DNA of 64,000 nucleotides from a virus. The position numbers and the translations under genes were made by a program. The notes below the pieces were generated by a model that had not been told where the DNA came from, did no database searches, and saw only the letters and a program-made list of their open reading frames with translations. This document shows, piece by piece, positions 53,346-63,324 of the stretch (positions are counted from its first letter, which is position 1; each line of letters opens with the position of its first letter). Where the stretch lies: IMG/VR virus record IMGVR_UViG_3300021197_001521, positions 20,236 through 84,235 of that record. One strand, given 5' to 3'.

Positions 53346-54368
53346 TCACCCCGGTGCTTCGTAATAACCTATTGAAAACCCTTCATTAGTACAATCTTTG
53401 ACAGTCTTTTCTAGACCGTCAGTTTTTAATCTCTCCCCTATATGTATACACATTGGAGTGTCTGTTTCCGGCCAATTATTCTTATAAAAGTGACAGAGCT
53501 TTGTACATTTCCAATGACTCCTGTCCTCTCGCAACGGTTTAGGAGAGACATTTGCCTTTATATCTTCAAATCTATTTTTCAACATGCCAAGAAATTTATC
53601 TTGATCTTCTTTATCAAAACACATACTAAACGGACCACCATCCTTAACAAAAAAGATAGTCATAATTGCCTGTTTGTAATCTGGGTAAAGTTTAGATATC
53701 GCATAATTATATAGCAATAGTTGAGCATCTGTCGTAAGTTTTTTGTAGTCTTTTTCTTGTCCTGTTGCCCAATCCAGTCTACGTCCCGTCTTCCAGTCGA
53801 TGACTTCTATTGTGTCATCGTCTATTTTGGTCACAAGGTCAATCGTGCCTTTAATCGCTAATCTACCCTCAATAACTTCGCCGTTTGGCATTTTGTACTC
53901 ATACTTTGCCCAATCTTCTTCAATCGGAATGTCGAAGTGGGGTTCTGGATCAACTACGTCTCTTAACCTTGGATCAAATTGACCTTCGTTATAGTTTAGT
54001 GTATCCCAACTCAGTTTAGAAACTTGTTTTCTATCTGCTGGCATCCACTTGTGCTTAGAATCTTTCTCGTAGCATTTAATACTAAGATCTACTAATTCAT
54101 TAACAAGTTCATCTGTTAAAAGTCTATCCTTATGTATCCTGACTTTTCCAGCAGCATCATCTTCTACAACTAAATATTTTTTTCTAGGGTTATCCTGTTG
54201 AAACTTTTTCAATCCAGCAAATATTTCCATGACCTTATGGACCATAGTTCCAAGTTCTGCTTTTTTTCCACTGTCTGACCTGTGACCAAGTACATAGGTC
54301 AAAAAGTACTGCATTTGGCAGTAATCGTAACCATTATAACTTGATGACCTTATGTATGTCACTATCAT
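53346..54368 (-). CDS. PD-(D/E)XK exonuclease, Cas4/AddB/RecB-like with Fe-S cysteines
   Basis: N-terminal YC; GTMVH; GTIDLV...IDWKTG; QLLLY; C-terminal CTKLC...C. Confidence 0.85.
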   Translation of the reverse strand: MIVTYIRSSSYNGYDYCQMQYFLTYVLGHRSDSGKKAELGTMVHKVMEIFAGLKKFQQDNPRKKYLVVEDDAAGKVRIHKDRLLTDELVNELVDLSIKCYEKDSKHKWMPADRKQVSKLSWDTLNYNEGQFDPRLRDVVDPEPHFDIPIEEDWAKYEYKMPNGEVIEGRLAIKGTIDLVTKIDDDTIEVIDWKTGRRLDWATGQEKDYKKLTTDAQLLLYNYAISKLYPDYKQAIMTIFFVKDGGPFSMCFDKEDQDKFLGMLKNRFEDIKANVSPKPLREDRSHWKCTKLCHFYKNNWPETDTPMCIHIGERLKTDGLEKTVKDCTNEGFSIGYYEAPG

Positions 54369-55153
54369 TAAATTTTCTCCAATAAAGATTTTATCCTAGT
54401 TATAGTTTCCCCAATGTCAATTTTTCTATTATCAAGAACTTTCCAAAATTTAGAGTGGTCGTAGTTTTTTGAGTCTAGAGCAACTTCGCTGTCGTGATTG
54501 TCATCATGAACATTTCTTTCTAATCTTAAAACTTTTCCGCCCGCTTTGTTGATAGCTTCAACTTCGTTTGGAAATCTAACATCCGCAACAACGGCGAGAT
54601 CACTTCCCTCTTTATTAATTTTATTTATACATGCGTTTGCCCAAACATTTGGATGAATCTTTCGCATAATATCAGTTCCAAAAAACTGCATGAATTCGCG
54701 CGCTGTCATTTCTCCTTCACGCCACTTCCAACTTTTCTTTGCGTCTATCGGCATCTTTTTCATCAACTTCATGTTCTGAAACCGTGGCATATCCTCCCAA
54801 CGAATATCTGGAAGGATCTGATTCTTTTGCTCGTCTGTTCCGTATGCCTGTTCATATGTGAATCCGAACAGATTAATGCACATATCTTTTACTGGGTCTG
54901 CAAAGTTGTAAAGTTTTACGTGTGGCCACATGTTGTAGTGGGCGTACTCTACAAACTCTTCATCTTTGCGCTCTATGTCAAACTCACCCCAACCTTCTTG
55001 GGCGCTAGAGTTGCTTGTTTTAATAAGAAGTTTCCCTTCTTCACTAATATTATAGTCCTTAATCATGTTATTTTTAAGTAAAATTTCGCCATGAATAATA
55101 TTAGCAATTGTGGTTTTTCCTGCTTGCTTTTTTCCAGATATACCTATAATCAT
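54368..55153 (-). CDS. Deoxynucleoside monophosphate kinase
   Basis: GISGKKQAGKTT, FADPVK, REFMQFFGTD, DVRFPNE, HDSE. Confidence 0.88.
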   Translation of the reverse strand: MIIGISGKKQAGKTTIANIIHGEILLKNNMIKDYNISEEGKLLIKTSNSSAQEGWGEFDIERKDEEFVEYAHYNMWPHVKLYNFADPVKDMCINLFGFTYEQAYGTDEQKNQILPDIRWEDMPRFQNMKLMKKMPIDAKKSWKWREGEMTAREFMQFFGTDIMRKIHPNVWANACINKINKEGSDLAVVADVRFPNEVEAINKAGGKVLRLERNVHDDNHDSEVALDSKNYDHSKFWKVLDNRKIDIGETITRIKSLLEKI

Positions 55154-56166
55154 TAGTAAAGTCCTTCCACTTGGGATAAAATATGTTTTTGTATCTTCTT
55201 AACGGATGTGTCTCCTACGTCCTTCTTGGGCATAGGAGGGTAAACTAAATTGAACATTCTGTTTAACTCTCTTTGTATTTTCATTCTACCTTCTCTGCCT
55301 GCTTGGTCGTTGTCCGTTAGTACCACCAAGTCAGTAACGCCTGATTTTATAAGTAGAGATTTTTGAGTCTCTGATATATCTTTTCCAAAAAGTCCCACGC
55401 AATTTTTTACACCCGCTTCATACATTCTCCAAACATCTCCCTGTCCCTCTACAAGAAAAAGCGCATGTTTTTCTTTAGCAACATCTATTGCATTATCGTA
55501 GTTATAGAGATACTCTGTTTTCTTAAACCCCTTAGAAAACAAATACTTAGGTTGTATAAAATTCTTAGCTGCTCTTGCTATGTATGCTACCTCTTCGCGT
55601 TTAAAGGTAACTGGAATTATAGCACGATTCCACATCTTAGAATTTTTATCTATACAATCTTGTACTCCAAAATGCTCCAATGTGTCAGGTAAAAATCCTC
55701 TTTTCTCAAAATAAAATGAGTTATTCAAGGTTTCTACGTCTCTTACATATTCTGACTTCATATTCTTTTTCTTTTTACTAAATATATTAACTATTTCGTC
55801 AAACTCACTCTTCTTCTTTTTTGGTTCTACAGAAGTAGACTTATACTCGTTTCCGATGCTGTAGAGTTTACATACATATCTCAGTGTGTCAGAAAATGTC
55901 GGGTCTTCTCTACAACCCCTAACAAATCCGAAAATATCAGTTCCAAAATCTTCATGGCAACCGCGAGTCCAGCATCTCCAGTTCTTTTGCGTTAAAGATA
56001 TAGAGACACCTTTATCGTTATCTCCACCATGAATCGGGCATTTCATAAATATGTTATCAGACATACACTCATAGTCTATGTCTAGATCTTCTAAAAGAAC
56101 TTCAATATTATCTACTATAAGATCTTTTACTTTATTTAAGTCAAGCTTTTGTTTTGTTCCATTCAT
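55153..56166 (-). CDS. dnaG: DNA primase (CHC2 zinc finger + TOPRIM)
   Basis: CPIH...CWTRGC; PKYL; LVEGQGDV; DNDQAG. Start moved to MNGTK. Confidence 0.9.
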   Translation of the reverse strand: MNGTKQKLDLNKVKDLIVDNIEVLLEDLDIDYECMSDNIFMKCPIHGGDNDKGVSISLTQKNWRCWTRGCHEDFGTDIFGFVRGCREDPTFSDTLRYVCKLYSIGNEYKSTSVEPKKKKSEFDEIVNIFSKKKKNMKSEYVRDVETLNNSFYFEKRGFLPDTLEHFGVQDCIDKNSKMWNRAIIPVTFKREEVAYIARAAKNFIQPKYLFSKGFKKTEYLYNYDNAIDVAKEKHALFLVEGQGDVWRMYEAGVKNCVGLFGKDISETQKSLLIKSGVTDLVVLTDNDQAGREGRMKIQRELNRMFNLVYPPMPKKDVGDTSVKKIQKHILSQVEGLY

Positions 56167-56299
56167 ACCAAAGTAGTCCACAGTTAGCGAGAGTGTAGGC
56201 AAACCAAACTAGCGCGTGAGGATAGTCCTTTTGCTTCAAGTTTGACATACAAGTTAGTACATAGCAAAGCGTTGCTATAAATAATGGTATTATATTCAT
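56141..56299 (-). CDS. Small two-helix membrane protein (52 aa), absent from the ORF track
   Basis: Manual translation MNIIPLFIATLCYVLTCMSNLKQKDYPHALVWFAYTLANCGLLWYEWNKTKA*; ATGA overlap with the upstream stop; fills the gap before primase. Confidence 0.7.
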   Translation of the reverse strand: MNIIPLFIATLCYVLTCMSNLKQKDYPHALVWFAYTLANCGLLWYEWNKTKA

Positions 56300-56520
56300 C
56301 TAGGATCTCTATCAAGATGGTTTACATATTTTACAAATACTTCTTCTTGAAGGTCGTAGTGTAGCTTTTGTCCTTCTTCTCTGACTAACCAGTATGAAGA
56401 TTCTGTCATTAGTCCACTGTCGTACACTTTAGTAACTTTGTATATAGACTGCACTTTTGGAAGCGGGATTATATCTCCATGAGAAGGTCCACCGTTAAAT
56501 TCTGCTTCGTATTTACTCAT
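56296..56520 (-). CDS. Small hypothetical protein
   Basis: MSKYEAEFNGGPSHG...; overlaps the DnaB stop. Confidence 0.6.
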   Translation of the reverse strand: MSKYEAEFNGGPSHGDIIPLPKVQSIYKVTKVYDSGLMTESSYWLVREEGQKLHYDLQEEVFVKYVNHLDRDPR

Positions 56521-57958
56521 TGGGTTCCTCTTCAAAAGGTAGTTCTGCGCCCTCTATGGCATCATCAGTTCCAGATTTTATAAACTCATCCCTCGTTCTC
56601 AGCTCAGATAGTTTAGCGTAATCACCATCCATTTTTAGATTTATATAATTCCCATCATGCATTCCGGGTCCATGTCTAGAGACAATGGGTACAAGTTTTC
56701 TATTGCCTGCCTTTGGACCGTCCTCTGCGAGTTCCTCTGCTGACTTTTCTTTGAAGATAGAGAATGATGTACACAACCAAATAAGTCTGTCAGAACCGCT
56801 TACAGCGTCCGTAGATTCTTTTGTGATACCATCTCTGTTCAACTGAACGAACGCAAGACAAGCAAAGTCATACTTGACTGCAAGATTATGAAGGTTTGTA
56901 ATCTGAAATCCTAACGCTTGATACTCCTGAATGTTTCCAGATATACCGGCAGATGACATTAGTTTTAGATAATCATAAACAACTACGCACTCGTTTGTTC
57001 TTCCATTCTCGTCTGTTCCGACTTCTTGAATTACCCATCGTTTGATATGGTTTAAGATATTCTCAAATGGCGCTCCTGCTACACTCACATATGTATATGG
57101 TATGTCTTTTATTTCTTCCATTGCTGATTTGACGGCGATAAACTTTTCTTCATCTTGTGCAAATTTTCCCGTAGATATTTCACTAATAGGAACTCCACTC
57201 ATGCTAGATAAGATTCTGTTTAGGTGATCTTCTTTGCTCATCTCTGTATCTAGCATCAGAACGGGTACGCCCTTTCTTGCTACAGATACGGCAACATTAT
57301 CACCGAATACAGACTTGCCAACTTTAGGTCTAGCGGAAACTAGGTCTACACATTTGCGTCTAAGACCACCACCAATGGCGGCATCGTACCTATCAAACCC
57401 GCTAGGCACACCGATCTGGTCACACTTGTTTTCGATAAGAAAGTCAACATATTCTTCTAGTCCTTCACCTATCTTTTCAGGTTTATCTCTTGTGTCGTCA
57501 TCTTGAAGAAACTCTGTAATAGGATTTTCTACAATACCGATGATGTCATCAATATCCTCGTCACCTTTTATTTCTTCTATGTCTCTACCAATTTTACTGG
57601 CAAGACTCCTAATCTTTCTAGCAAACTCAAACTTTTTTATCTGTGCGGCAAAATGAATTACATTGTCCTTCTTTACTGGAAACTCCATCAAAGAATTTAT
57701 GTATTCAAGCTCTTGTTTAGTTTGTATGGTTTCAGAAAAACCCAACTGATCCGCAGCAGAAAGCAATGCTGGTAGGTCAACTTGAGTTTCTTTTAATAGT
57801 ATTTTCTCAATACATTTATATATCAACTGATTATTCTGATGACAAAAACTATTGTAGTCAATCAGATCGCTTATCTCAACGTATGACTCTAGACCGTAAG
57901 TAAAGAGACCAGCAAGAACCGCTCTCTCTGCGCCTAAGTCCAACAACTTAGATTCCAT
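56513..57958 (-). CDS. dnaB: Replicative DNA helicase DnaB
   Basis: AERAVL, ARPKVGKS, TEMS, YDYLKL, QLNR. Start at MESKL gives a TAATG overlap. Confidence 0.92.
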   Translation of the reverse strand: MESKLLDLGAERAVLAGLFTYGLESYVEISDLIDYNSFCHQNNQLIYKCIEKILLKETQVDLPALLSAADQLGFSETIQTKQELEYINSLMEFPVKKDNVIHFAAQIKKFEFARKIRSLASKIGRDIEEIKGDEDIDDIIGIVENPITEFLQDDDTRDKPEKIGEGLEEYVDFLIENKCDQIGVPSGFDRYDAAIGGGLRRKCVDLVSARPKVGKSVFGDNVAVSVARKGVPVLMLDTEMSKEDHLNRILSSMSGVPISEISTGKFAQDEEKFIAVKSAMEEIKDIPYTYVSVAGAPFENILNHIKRWVIQEVGTDENGRTNECVVVYDYLKLMSSAGISGNIQEYQALGFQITNLHNLAVKYDFACLAFVQLNRDGITKESTDAVSGSDRLIWLCTSFSIFKEKSAEELAEDGPKAGNRKLVPIVSRHGPGMHDGNYINLKMDGDYAKLSELRTRDEFIKSGTDDAIEGAELPFEEEPNE

Positions 57959-58356
57959 TATTTGCCCCCGCACCGATTACATCGGTGGTATTCTCCATAT
58001 ACCAAATTTGGATTCTCGTAATAAACTTTACCACACACGGAGCATTCTAGTTTTACCTTCTTTGCTTTGCTTCTATTCCTTGTGGCTTTCTTTCTGCTTC
58101 CTTCCCATTCTTCTTCGCCTTCTGGTAGTTGCCATTCTCCAGTATCTTCCCAGCGATTATTTCTCGCTCTCACGGGTGTTCTCCCTCTTTCTAAATCGGG
58201 TTTAGTTTTAGTAACACGAAAATCTTCGTCTACATCAGAAGAGACCATCTCTTCTTGTTCTTCTGGTTTTTTAGTATTAACCAAAGATTTTACCAGTTCT
58301 GCTTTTTGTTCATCTGTCAAAGACTCTAAAAGAGTTTTTACAATATCATCACTCAT
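57958..58356 (-). CDS. Hypothetical protein with a C-terminal zinc ribbon
   Basis: CSVCG...CNRC. Confidence 0.6.
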   Translation of the reverse strand: MSDDIVKTLLESLTDEQKAELVKSLVNTKKPEEQEEMVSSDVDEDFRVTKTKPDLERGRTPVRARNNRWEDTGEWQLPEGEEEWEGSRKKATRNRSKAKKVKLECSVCGKVYYENPNLVYGEYHRCNRCGGK

Positions 58357-58817
58357 TTTCTTTTACCTTTTTCAAAAAGAATGTCAGCCTTCCTTCTTAT
58401 ATTATACTCTCTTGACTTCAAATTTTCAAGCCTTCCTTGAGCAGTTAGTTTCCATTCGTTGATTTTTTTTGCTAAGTCATCATTTCTTAGTATTGTAGCA
58501 ACTTTTGTTTCATGTTTAGCATATGTGTCCCACACGCCGCTACTTATTAATTCAGATATAATACTTTGAAGAGAGTTCTCACACCATCGTATTACGTTTT
58601 CGCATTGGGCGCGCTCTGAACCTACATGATCTACATACTGCATTAGTTGATAAGCATGACCAAAACATTCTTCTTGATTTAATCTTTGCATGTCATCTAA
58701 AGAAAGTGTTTCTGCTATAGCAAATTCTGGGTTAAACTTTGTTGGCGTTATATTCTTGGCCGTTATATAATTATCAATACCGTCAAGAAATTCTTTCAAT
58801 CTTTCAGCGGCTGTCAA
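58353..58817 (-). CDS. Hypothetical helical protein (possible recombination mediator)
   Basis: All-helical/coiled-coil; two genes downstream of recA. Function is inferred from context only. Confidence 0.45.
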   Translation of the reverse strand: MTAAERLKEFLDGIDNYITAKNITPTKFNPEFAIAETLSLDDMQRLNQEECFGHAYQLMQYVDHVGSERAQCENVIRWCENSLQSIISELISSGVWDTYAKHETKVATILRNDDLAKKINEWKLTAQGRLENLKSREYNIRRKADILFEKGKRK

Positions 58818-59226
58818 TTTGATTTCTCCAATCTTCTATACTGTCTGAATACTTTAATACAATTAAATCTATTTTGTTTAAGTTACACCAATCTCCTTTT
58901 ACACTATCTCTTTTCAAACAGGTTAAGAATCCGGCTTTAGTTTTATGAAAAAACTTACAAAATTCGTAGTGCTGTTGCCCATGAACCTCTATCCCTAATG
59001 ACAAGTTGGGTATGAAAAAATCCAAGAACAATACAGATTTTTTACTAGGACACCTAGAACCCGGAAGTTTTACCTCTTCTAATATAGAATAACCAGAAAA
59101 CATTTCATGTAACAGATCTCTTGCTACCATATGATAGCGAGATTTCTTTGTTTTGTCATCTTTTTTTATAATATATTTTTTTAGATTTAAGTTATATTCT
59201 CTTCCGTTAAGACCTGAGACTTTCAT
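58804..59226 (-). CDS. PD-(D/E)XK / DUF559-like endonuclease
   Basis: EE...LDFFIPNLSLGIEVHGQQHY...RD..K..WC. Confidence 0.75.
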   Translation of the reverse strand: MKVSGLNGREYNLNLKKYIIKKDDKTKKSRYHMVARDLLHEMFSGYSILEEVKLPGSRCPSKKSVLFLDFFIPNLSLGIEVHGQQHYEFCKFFHKTKAGFLTCLKRDSVKGDWCNLNKIDLIVLKYSDSIEDWRNQIDSR

Positions 59227-60326
59227 AGTACACTCTTTATTTCATCGTATAGAAAATCTTGTATTTCTTTATTGTCTTCAATAAACTTACTTAGTCTTGA
59301 CATGCCTTGAAATTTAAAGAACTTCTCTTTCGCTTCTGCGTCTTCTGCTACTTCATGTTTCTTTAATAGTTTTAGTATCCTCTTATCTTCAGATCCTAGT
59401 GCGCTTATGATTGTATACCAAGCGCCTGTTTGCTTGATAAACGTAAGTTCATTGGCGATCTCGCAAAGTTCTCTAACTTCATCAATTCCCGTTCCGTATC
59501 TAATATATGATACAGCGTTCGTATTTGGTTTACCTCCAGCAGCAGACGTTTTAACAATCCAGTTTGCCACTTGTCCAACGTCATTGCCTTGTTCGTCGCT
59601 TTCTTCCCACTTTCCTCTGTGGGTTATAACCATATTTGTGCCAGCTTGATACTGTAGCATGTTTCCTGCGTCTGACATTTTTGCTGGAGACCACCTAGAA
59701 CCACCCGTGTTTGCGATATTATGCGTAATAAAAATTAGTATCGCTTTAGTTCTTGCTACATCATTGCTAATGCGTTTAAAAAACATAGACAAGAGTCTTG
59801 GAAGTTGCGCTCTAACGCCACTTCTCACCTCTCCATCTAGTTCGTCTTGTGGAACCATGTTGGAAGTAGAGTCAATGATCGCCACAAATTCAGGGGTGTT
59901 TTTAACATATGTCTCAATAGCATTTAAAAAAGTTTCGGCAGATACTACTGGTTGATTTTCCGTTGCTTGAACAACCTTAATCTTGCTGGGATCTAGTCCT
60001 TTTATACCTGTGAAATTTTCTTTTGTTAGTCTACCTTCTGTATTGAAGTAAAAAACATTTTTGCCTGCCGCCTGCGCCTTCGCAGCAAAGTATAAAGATG
60101 TAGTAGTCTTGCCGGTTTTAGGATCTCCCGTCATCACAACAACACTACCTTCTCTTAGTCCTCCACCTAAAGCTAAGTCTAGTGCTGGAGATATACCTAT
60201 AGTTTCAAAGTTTTGTAGATCCGCTAGAACCTTTGTCCCCTGCTCTACAATATCTCCGTACTTGCTGATAATTTGATTGCTTACAATGTCGTCTTCAAAT
60301 TTATTCTTCGCTTTCTTCTTTGCCAT
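59223..60326 (-). CDS. recA: RecA/UvsX-family recombinase
   Basis: SPALDLALGGG, GDPKTGKTT, NTEGR, IIDS, GAWY. Confidence 0.88.
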   Translation of the reverse strand: MAKKKAKNKFEDDIVSNQIISKYGDIVEQGTKVLADLQNFETIGISPALDLALGGGLREGSVVVMTGDPKTGKTTTSLYFAAKAQAAGKNVFYFNTEGRLTKENFTGIKGLDPSKIKVVQATENQPVVSAETFLNAIETYVKNTPEFVAIIDSTSNMVPQDELDGEVRSGVRAQLPRLLSMFFKRISNDVARTKAILIFITHNIANTGGSRWSPAKMSDAGNMLQYQAGTNMVITHRGKWEESDEQGNDVGQVANWIVKTSAAGGKPNTNAVSYIRYGTGIDEVRELCEIANELTFIKQTGAWYTIISALGSEDKRILKLLKKHEVAEDAEAKEKFFKFQGMSRLSKFIEDNKEIQDFLYDEIKSVL

Positions 60327-60756
60327 TGTCTAGTCCTCTAAGTTTGTTTAGTCCAGATTTCTTTCCGTATGACTTCTTTCTAGTCTTTGGTTCTTTCTTT
60401 ACATCTAACTCTTGAGTGGGTTTTGTTTCCTCTTGCTCAATTAACTTAATTTGTTTGTTTATTTCTGATATCAAACGTTTATTCTTTAGAGAGAATATAG
60501 ATGTCTGGTTTATCGCCGCTCTTACTACAGCTTTCTCTCCGTACTTTTTTATAAGGTTGTTTGCAGTAAACATTTGCTGCTTAAACGTCCAGTCCCAAGG
60601 TTTCTTGTTCCAAAATTTGTACGTAAGATTACCTTCGTTTTTATATTCTGCCAAACGAAGACACATCATTTCTGCTAAATACGCAGCGCAAGTGCAATGA
60701 TCACCAGTTGTCTGATGTTTGTATTTACTTTTATCCGTTCTCTTTCGTTTTGTCAT
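60301..60756 (-). CDS. Hypothetical basic protein
   Basis: Tightly packed ORF; start moved to MTKRK. Confidence 0.55.
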   Translation of the reverse strand: MTKRKRTDKSKYKHQTTGDHCTCAAYLAEMMCLRLAEYKNEGNLTYKFWNKKPWDWTFKQQMFTANNLIKKYGEKAVVRAAINQTSIFSLKNKRLISEINKQIKLIEQEETKPTQELDVKKEPKTRKKSYGKKSGLNKLRGLDNGKEESEE

Positions 60757-61153
60757 AGATGATTGCTTCTTCAAAACAGTTTTCAATTTCATCTTCATAC
60801 TCAAGGTCCACCATAAGTTCTGGGATTAACCACATTTGTTTTTGTACTTTTTTATTTTTAATGACGCCAACGGTGTAAGATTGTTGATTTTCTCCACCCA
60901 TCTTACCTTTTACTGATCTTATTAGATACAATCCCGTGGCATCGTTCAAGTCGATAGGTTCCATATGAGACCTGTATTGTAGCACCATCTTGTTAATAAA
61001 CAAGTTATCTTTTTCGCATTTCTTTTTTAAATCTAACCACTCATCAAACTCATGAAAGTTTATCTTTTCGTTGTTAGAAAGTTGACACCTTATCCATGTT
61101 GCCTCTTTGTTTGTTCTATATTTTGGCAACCAGTCTTTGTCCTTTAAGTCCAT
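60731..61153 (-). CDS. Hypothetical protein
   Basis: Tightly packed ORF; start moved to MDLKDK (AGGTG RBS). Confidence 0.55.
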   Translation of the reverse strand: MDLKDKDWLPKYRTNKEATWIRCQLSNNEKINFHEFDEWLDLKKKCEKDNLFINKMVLQYRSHMEPIDLNDATGLYLIRSVKGKMGGENQQSYTVGVIKNKKVQKQMWLIPELMVDLEYEDEIENCFEEAIIYDKTKENG

Positions 61154-61157
61154 TTTT

Positions 61158-61460
61158 TCACCTGATATTTGTAGTACAATTTGCTCTTTTTTTGTCAATA
61201 ACTTTGCTTCCAAAATCATCTCCAAGCATAGAACCCGTTTCTGTCATTACTGTAGAACCTTTTTTGTTACTAAAAATATTTTCAGATATTTTAGTGGGTT
61301 CTTTTTGTACTTGATGTTCAACTGGTTCACATTTTTTTGCGTATGCTTTTACAACGCTTTTCGCTCTGTCTAACTCGGAAGAAAGTTTATCTACTCCTAG
61401 TTCTAAATTTTGTTCAATGTAAAACTTTTCAATCTTACTCAGTGGTCCTCGCTTACTCAT
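61158..61460 (-). CDS. Hypothetical protein, possible HTH
   Basis: LSKIEKFYI...VDKLSSELDRAKSVV; AGGAG RBS. Confidence 0.55.
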   Translation of the reverse strand: MSKRGPLSKIEKFYIEQNLELGVDKLSSELDRAKSVVKAYAKKCEPVEHQVQKEPTKISENIFSNKKGSTVMTETGSMLGDDFGSKVIDKKRANCTTNIR

Positions 61461-61776
61461 TTATAAATCTCCTGTTTGCTCTTGTTAGGTAAATAGAATT
61501 GTTAGTCTGTAAGTATATTAAATAAAAATCAAATGTATCTTTTGATACTCTTCTTAATTTTGTTTGTATAAATCTTTCTCTATTGGAGTTTAAACCCATA
61601 GGATCATATATTTCATTGTTATAGGTTTTTATAAGGTAGTGATTATTTTTTTCTGACTCAACAATCTTCGCGAATACTTTTTCTTTAGTAGACGATACTT
61701 GTGTGCCGTTCTTATTAAAGTCTACTTCGTTGTTTACTTTAATTTCTTCAGTTTGATCTTTTTTTAAATACTTCAT
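61453..61776 (-). CDS. Hypothetical protein
   Basis: Overlaps both neighbours. Confidence 0.55.
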   Translation of the reverse strand: MKYLKKDQTEEIKVNNEVDFNKNGTQVSSTKEKVFAKIVESEKNNHYLIKTYNNEIYDPMGLNSNRERFIQTKLRRVSKDTFDFYLIYLQTNNSIYLTRANRRFINE

Positions 61777-62126
61777 CTTCCCTCCATTATGTATTTTGTT
61801 TTTTGATCGTTAGACATCTTATTAATATCTTTCATGGATTTTGTTGTATGTTCATGATGCCACGGTTTTTCGACTTTTGGTTGTGACTCGCGCTTCATAA
61901 CTTCCATTTCATTGATTTTGTTTTTATTTTTCTTACTGTTTCTGTCTGCAACGCTACCTATAGTATCGCTTCCTGCCATAAAACTGTGAAGACCACCAGT
62001 GACTACCCTGTAAAGAGAATCCTTACCACAGACATCGCACCTCTTTAACTCTGGGTCTGTAACCTTTTGGAACACGTCACTAACTTCTGCTCCACAATCT
62101 CTACATTCATAATCGTATATTGGCAT
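61773..62126 (-). CDS. FmdB-like zinc-ribbon protein
   Basis: MPIYDYECRDCG...CDVCG...L.RV. Confidence 0.85.
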   Translation of the reverse strand: MPIYDYECRDCGAEVSDVFQKVTDPELKRCDVCGKDSLYRVVTGGLHSFMAGSDTIGSVADRNSKKNKNKINEMEVMKRESQPKVEKPWHHEHTTKSMKDINKMSNDQKTKYIMEGR

Positions 62127-62791
62127 TAGTTCTCCAACCTGTTTAATATTTGTCCTAGTATTCCATTTCTTTGAATGTCACTGTAACCCAATCTACATAT
62201 ACCTACACCTTCAAGGTCTTGTAGTTTTTCGATAATTTCTTCAAGTCCACTTTTTCTTTGTAGGTCAGTTTGTCTGATGTCACCATTGATAATTACTTTA
62301 CTTCCCTGTCCCATGCGCGTTATAAACATTTTAATCTGTTCCCAAGTGCAGTTCTGCGCTTCGTCCAATATCATATATGTATTGTGAAATGTAGAACCTC
62401 TCATAACTTCTAATGGTTGATATTTTATCCTACCTTCGTTGTAGTACATACCATAGTATGCACGACCCAGAAAGTGTCTAAAATTTTCTTGCATTGGAAG
62501 AAGGTAGGGTGCAATCTTTTCTAGTAAGTCTCCGGGTAAACTGCCAAGATCCTTACCTGTACAAACCAGTGGTCTTGTTATAAGCACTTGATCTATTTCT
62601 TCACGGTGTAGATGCTCAGAAGCAATTCCAGATGCTATAAATGATTTACCACAACCCGAAGGACCAGTGCAAAATATAACATCGTTTTCTATAATCGCTC
62701 TAATGTAATCTTTTTGGTTAGAAGTTTTTGCCTCTACCACTTTTACTTTTTGCGGGGATACGTTTTCTTTTCTGGTTTTTCTCTTAGTCAT
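62126..62791 (-). CDS. phoH: PhoH-family ATPase
   Basis: GPSGCGKS, ITRP, LG.LPG, MRGSTF, ILDEAQN, TRMG, GD..QTD. Confidence 0.93.
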   Translation of the reverse strand: MTKRKTRKENVSPQKVKVVEAKTSNQKDYIRAIIENDVIFCTGPSGCGKSFIASGIASEHLHREEIDQVLITRPLVCTGKDLGSLPGDLLEKIAPYLLPMQENFRHFLGRAYYGMYYNEGRIKYQPLEVMRGSTFHNTYMILDEAQNCTWEQIKMFITRMGQGSKVIINGDIRQTDLQRKSGLEEIIEKLQDLEGVGICRLGYSDIQRNGILGQILNRLEN

Positions 62792-62811
62792 TAAAATACC
62801 TTATGTTAGTG

Positions 62812-63324
62812 TTATGTACCAGAACTACCAAACCCTCCTGTTCCTCTTGTGCTATCGTCTAAATTATCTACCACATGTAAATCAAAGTCTTCTATTTTTT
62901 GAAATATTATTTGCGCTATCCTATCGCCTTTTTCTACGTTGTAATTACTGTATTGAGAGTTGTAAAGTATAACTCCAATGTCACCTCTGTAGGTTGAATC
63001 TATTACACCAGCAAACACATCTATGCCATGCTTGTACGCCAATCCAGATCTAGGCCAGATAAGTCCAACGTAACCGTCTGGTATTTGCATAGATATGCCG
63101 GTTTTTATAAGTTTATGACAGTGCTTGTCTATTATAGTTCCCTCTAGAGCATAGAGATCGTATCCAGCGTCCGATCTGTTTACCTTAGTTGGGACAGTGG
63201 CGTTCTCATTAAGTTTTTTAACATTTAAAACAGGACCATTCCAAGTTGGGAAAGGCGCTCTGTGTTTATTCTGTGACTCTTTTAGCATCTGTTCTCTAGC
63301 CTTTTCGTCTGGGTGGGTACTCAT
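62812..63324 (-). CDS. dut: Trimeric dUTPase
   Basis: AGYDL, PRSGLA, GVIDSTYRG, GDRIAQ, RGTGGFGSSG. Confidence 0.96.
   Translation of the reverse strand: MSTHPDEKAREQMLKESQNKHRAPFPTWNGPVLNVKKLNENATVPTKVNRSDAGYDLYALEGTIIDKHCHKLIKTGISMQIPDGYVGLIWPRSGLAYKHGIDVFAGVIDSTYRGDIGVILYNSQYSNYNVEKGDRIAQIIFQKIEDFDLHVVDNLDDSTRGTGGFGSSGT

Noticed and set aside
53346-54368. CRISPR-Cas system (Cas4-like gene)
   Set aside because: No repeat-spacer array or other cas genes; solo Cas4/AddB-like nucleases are common in phage replication modules.
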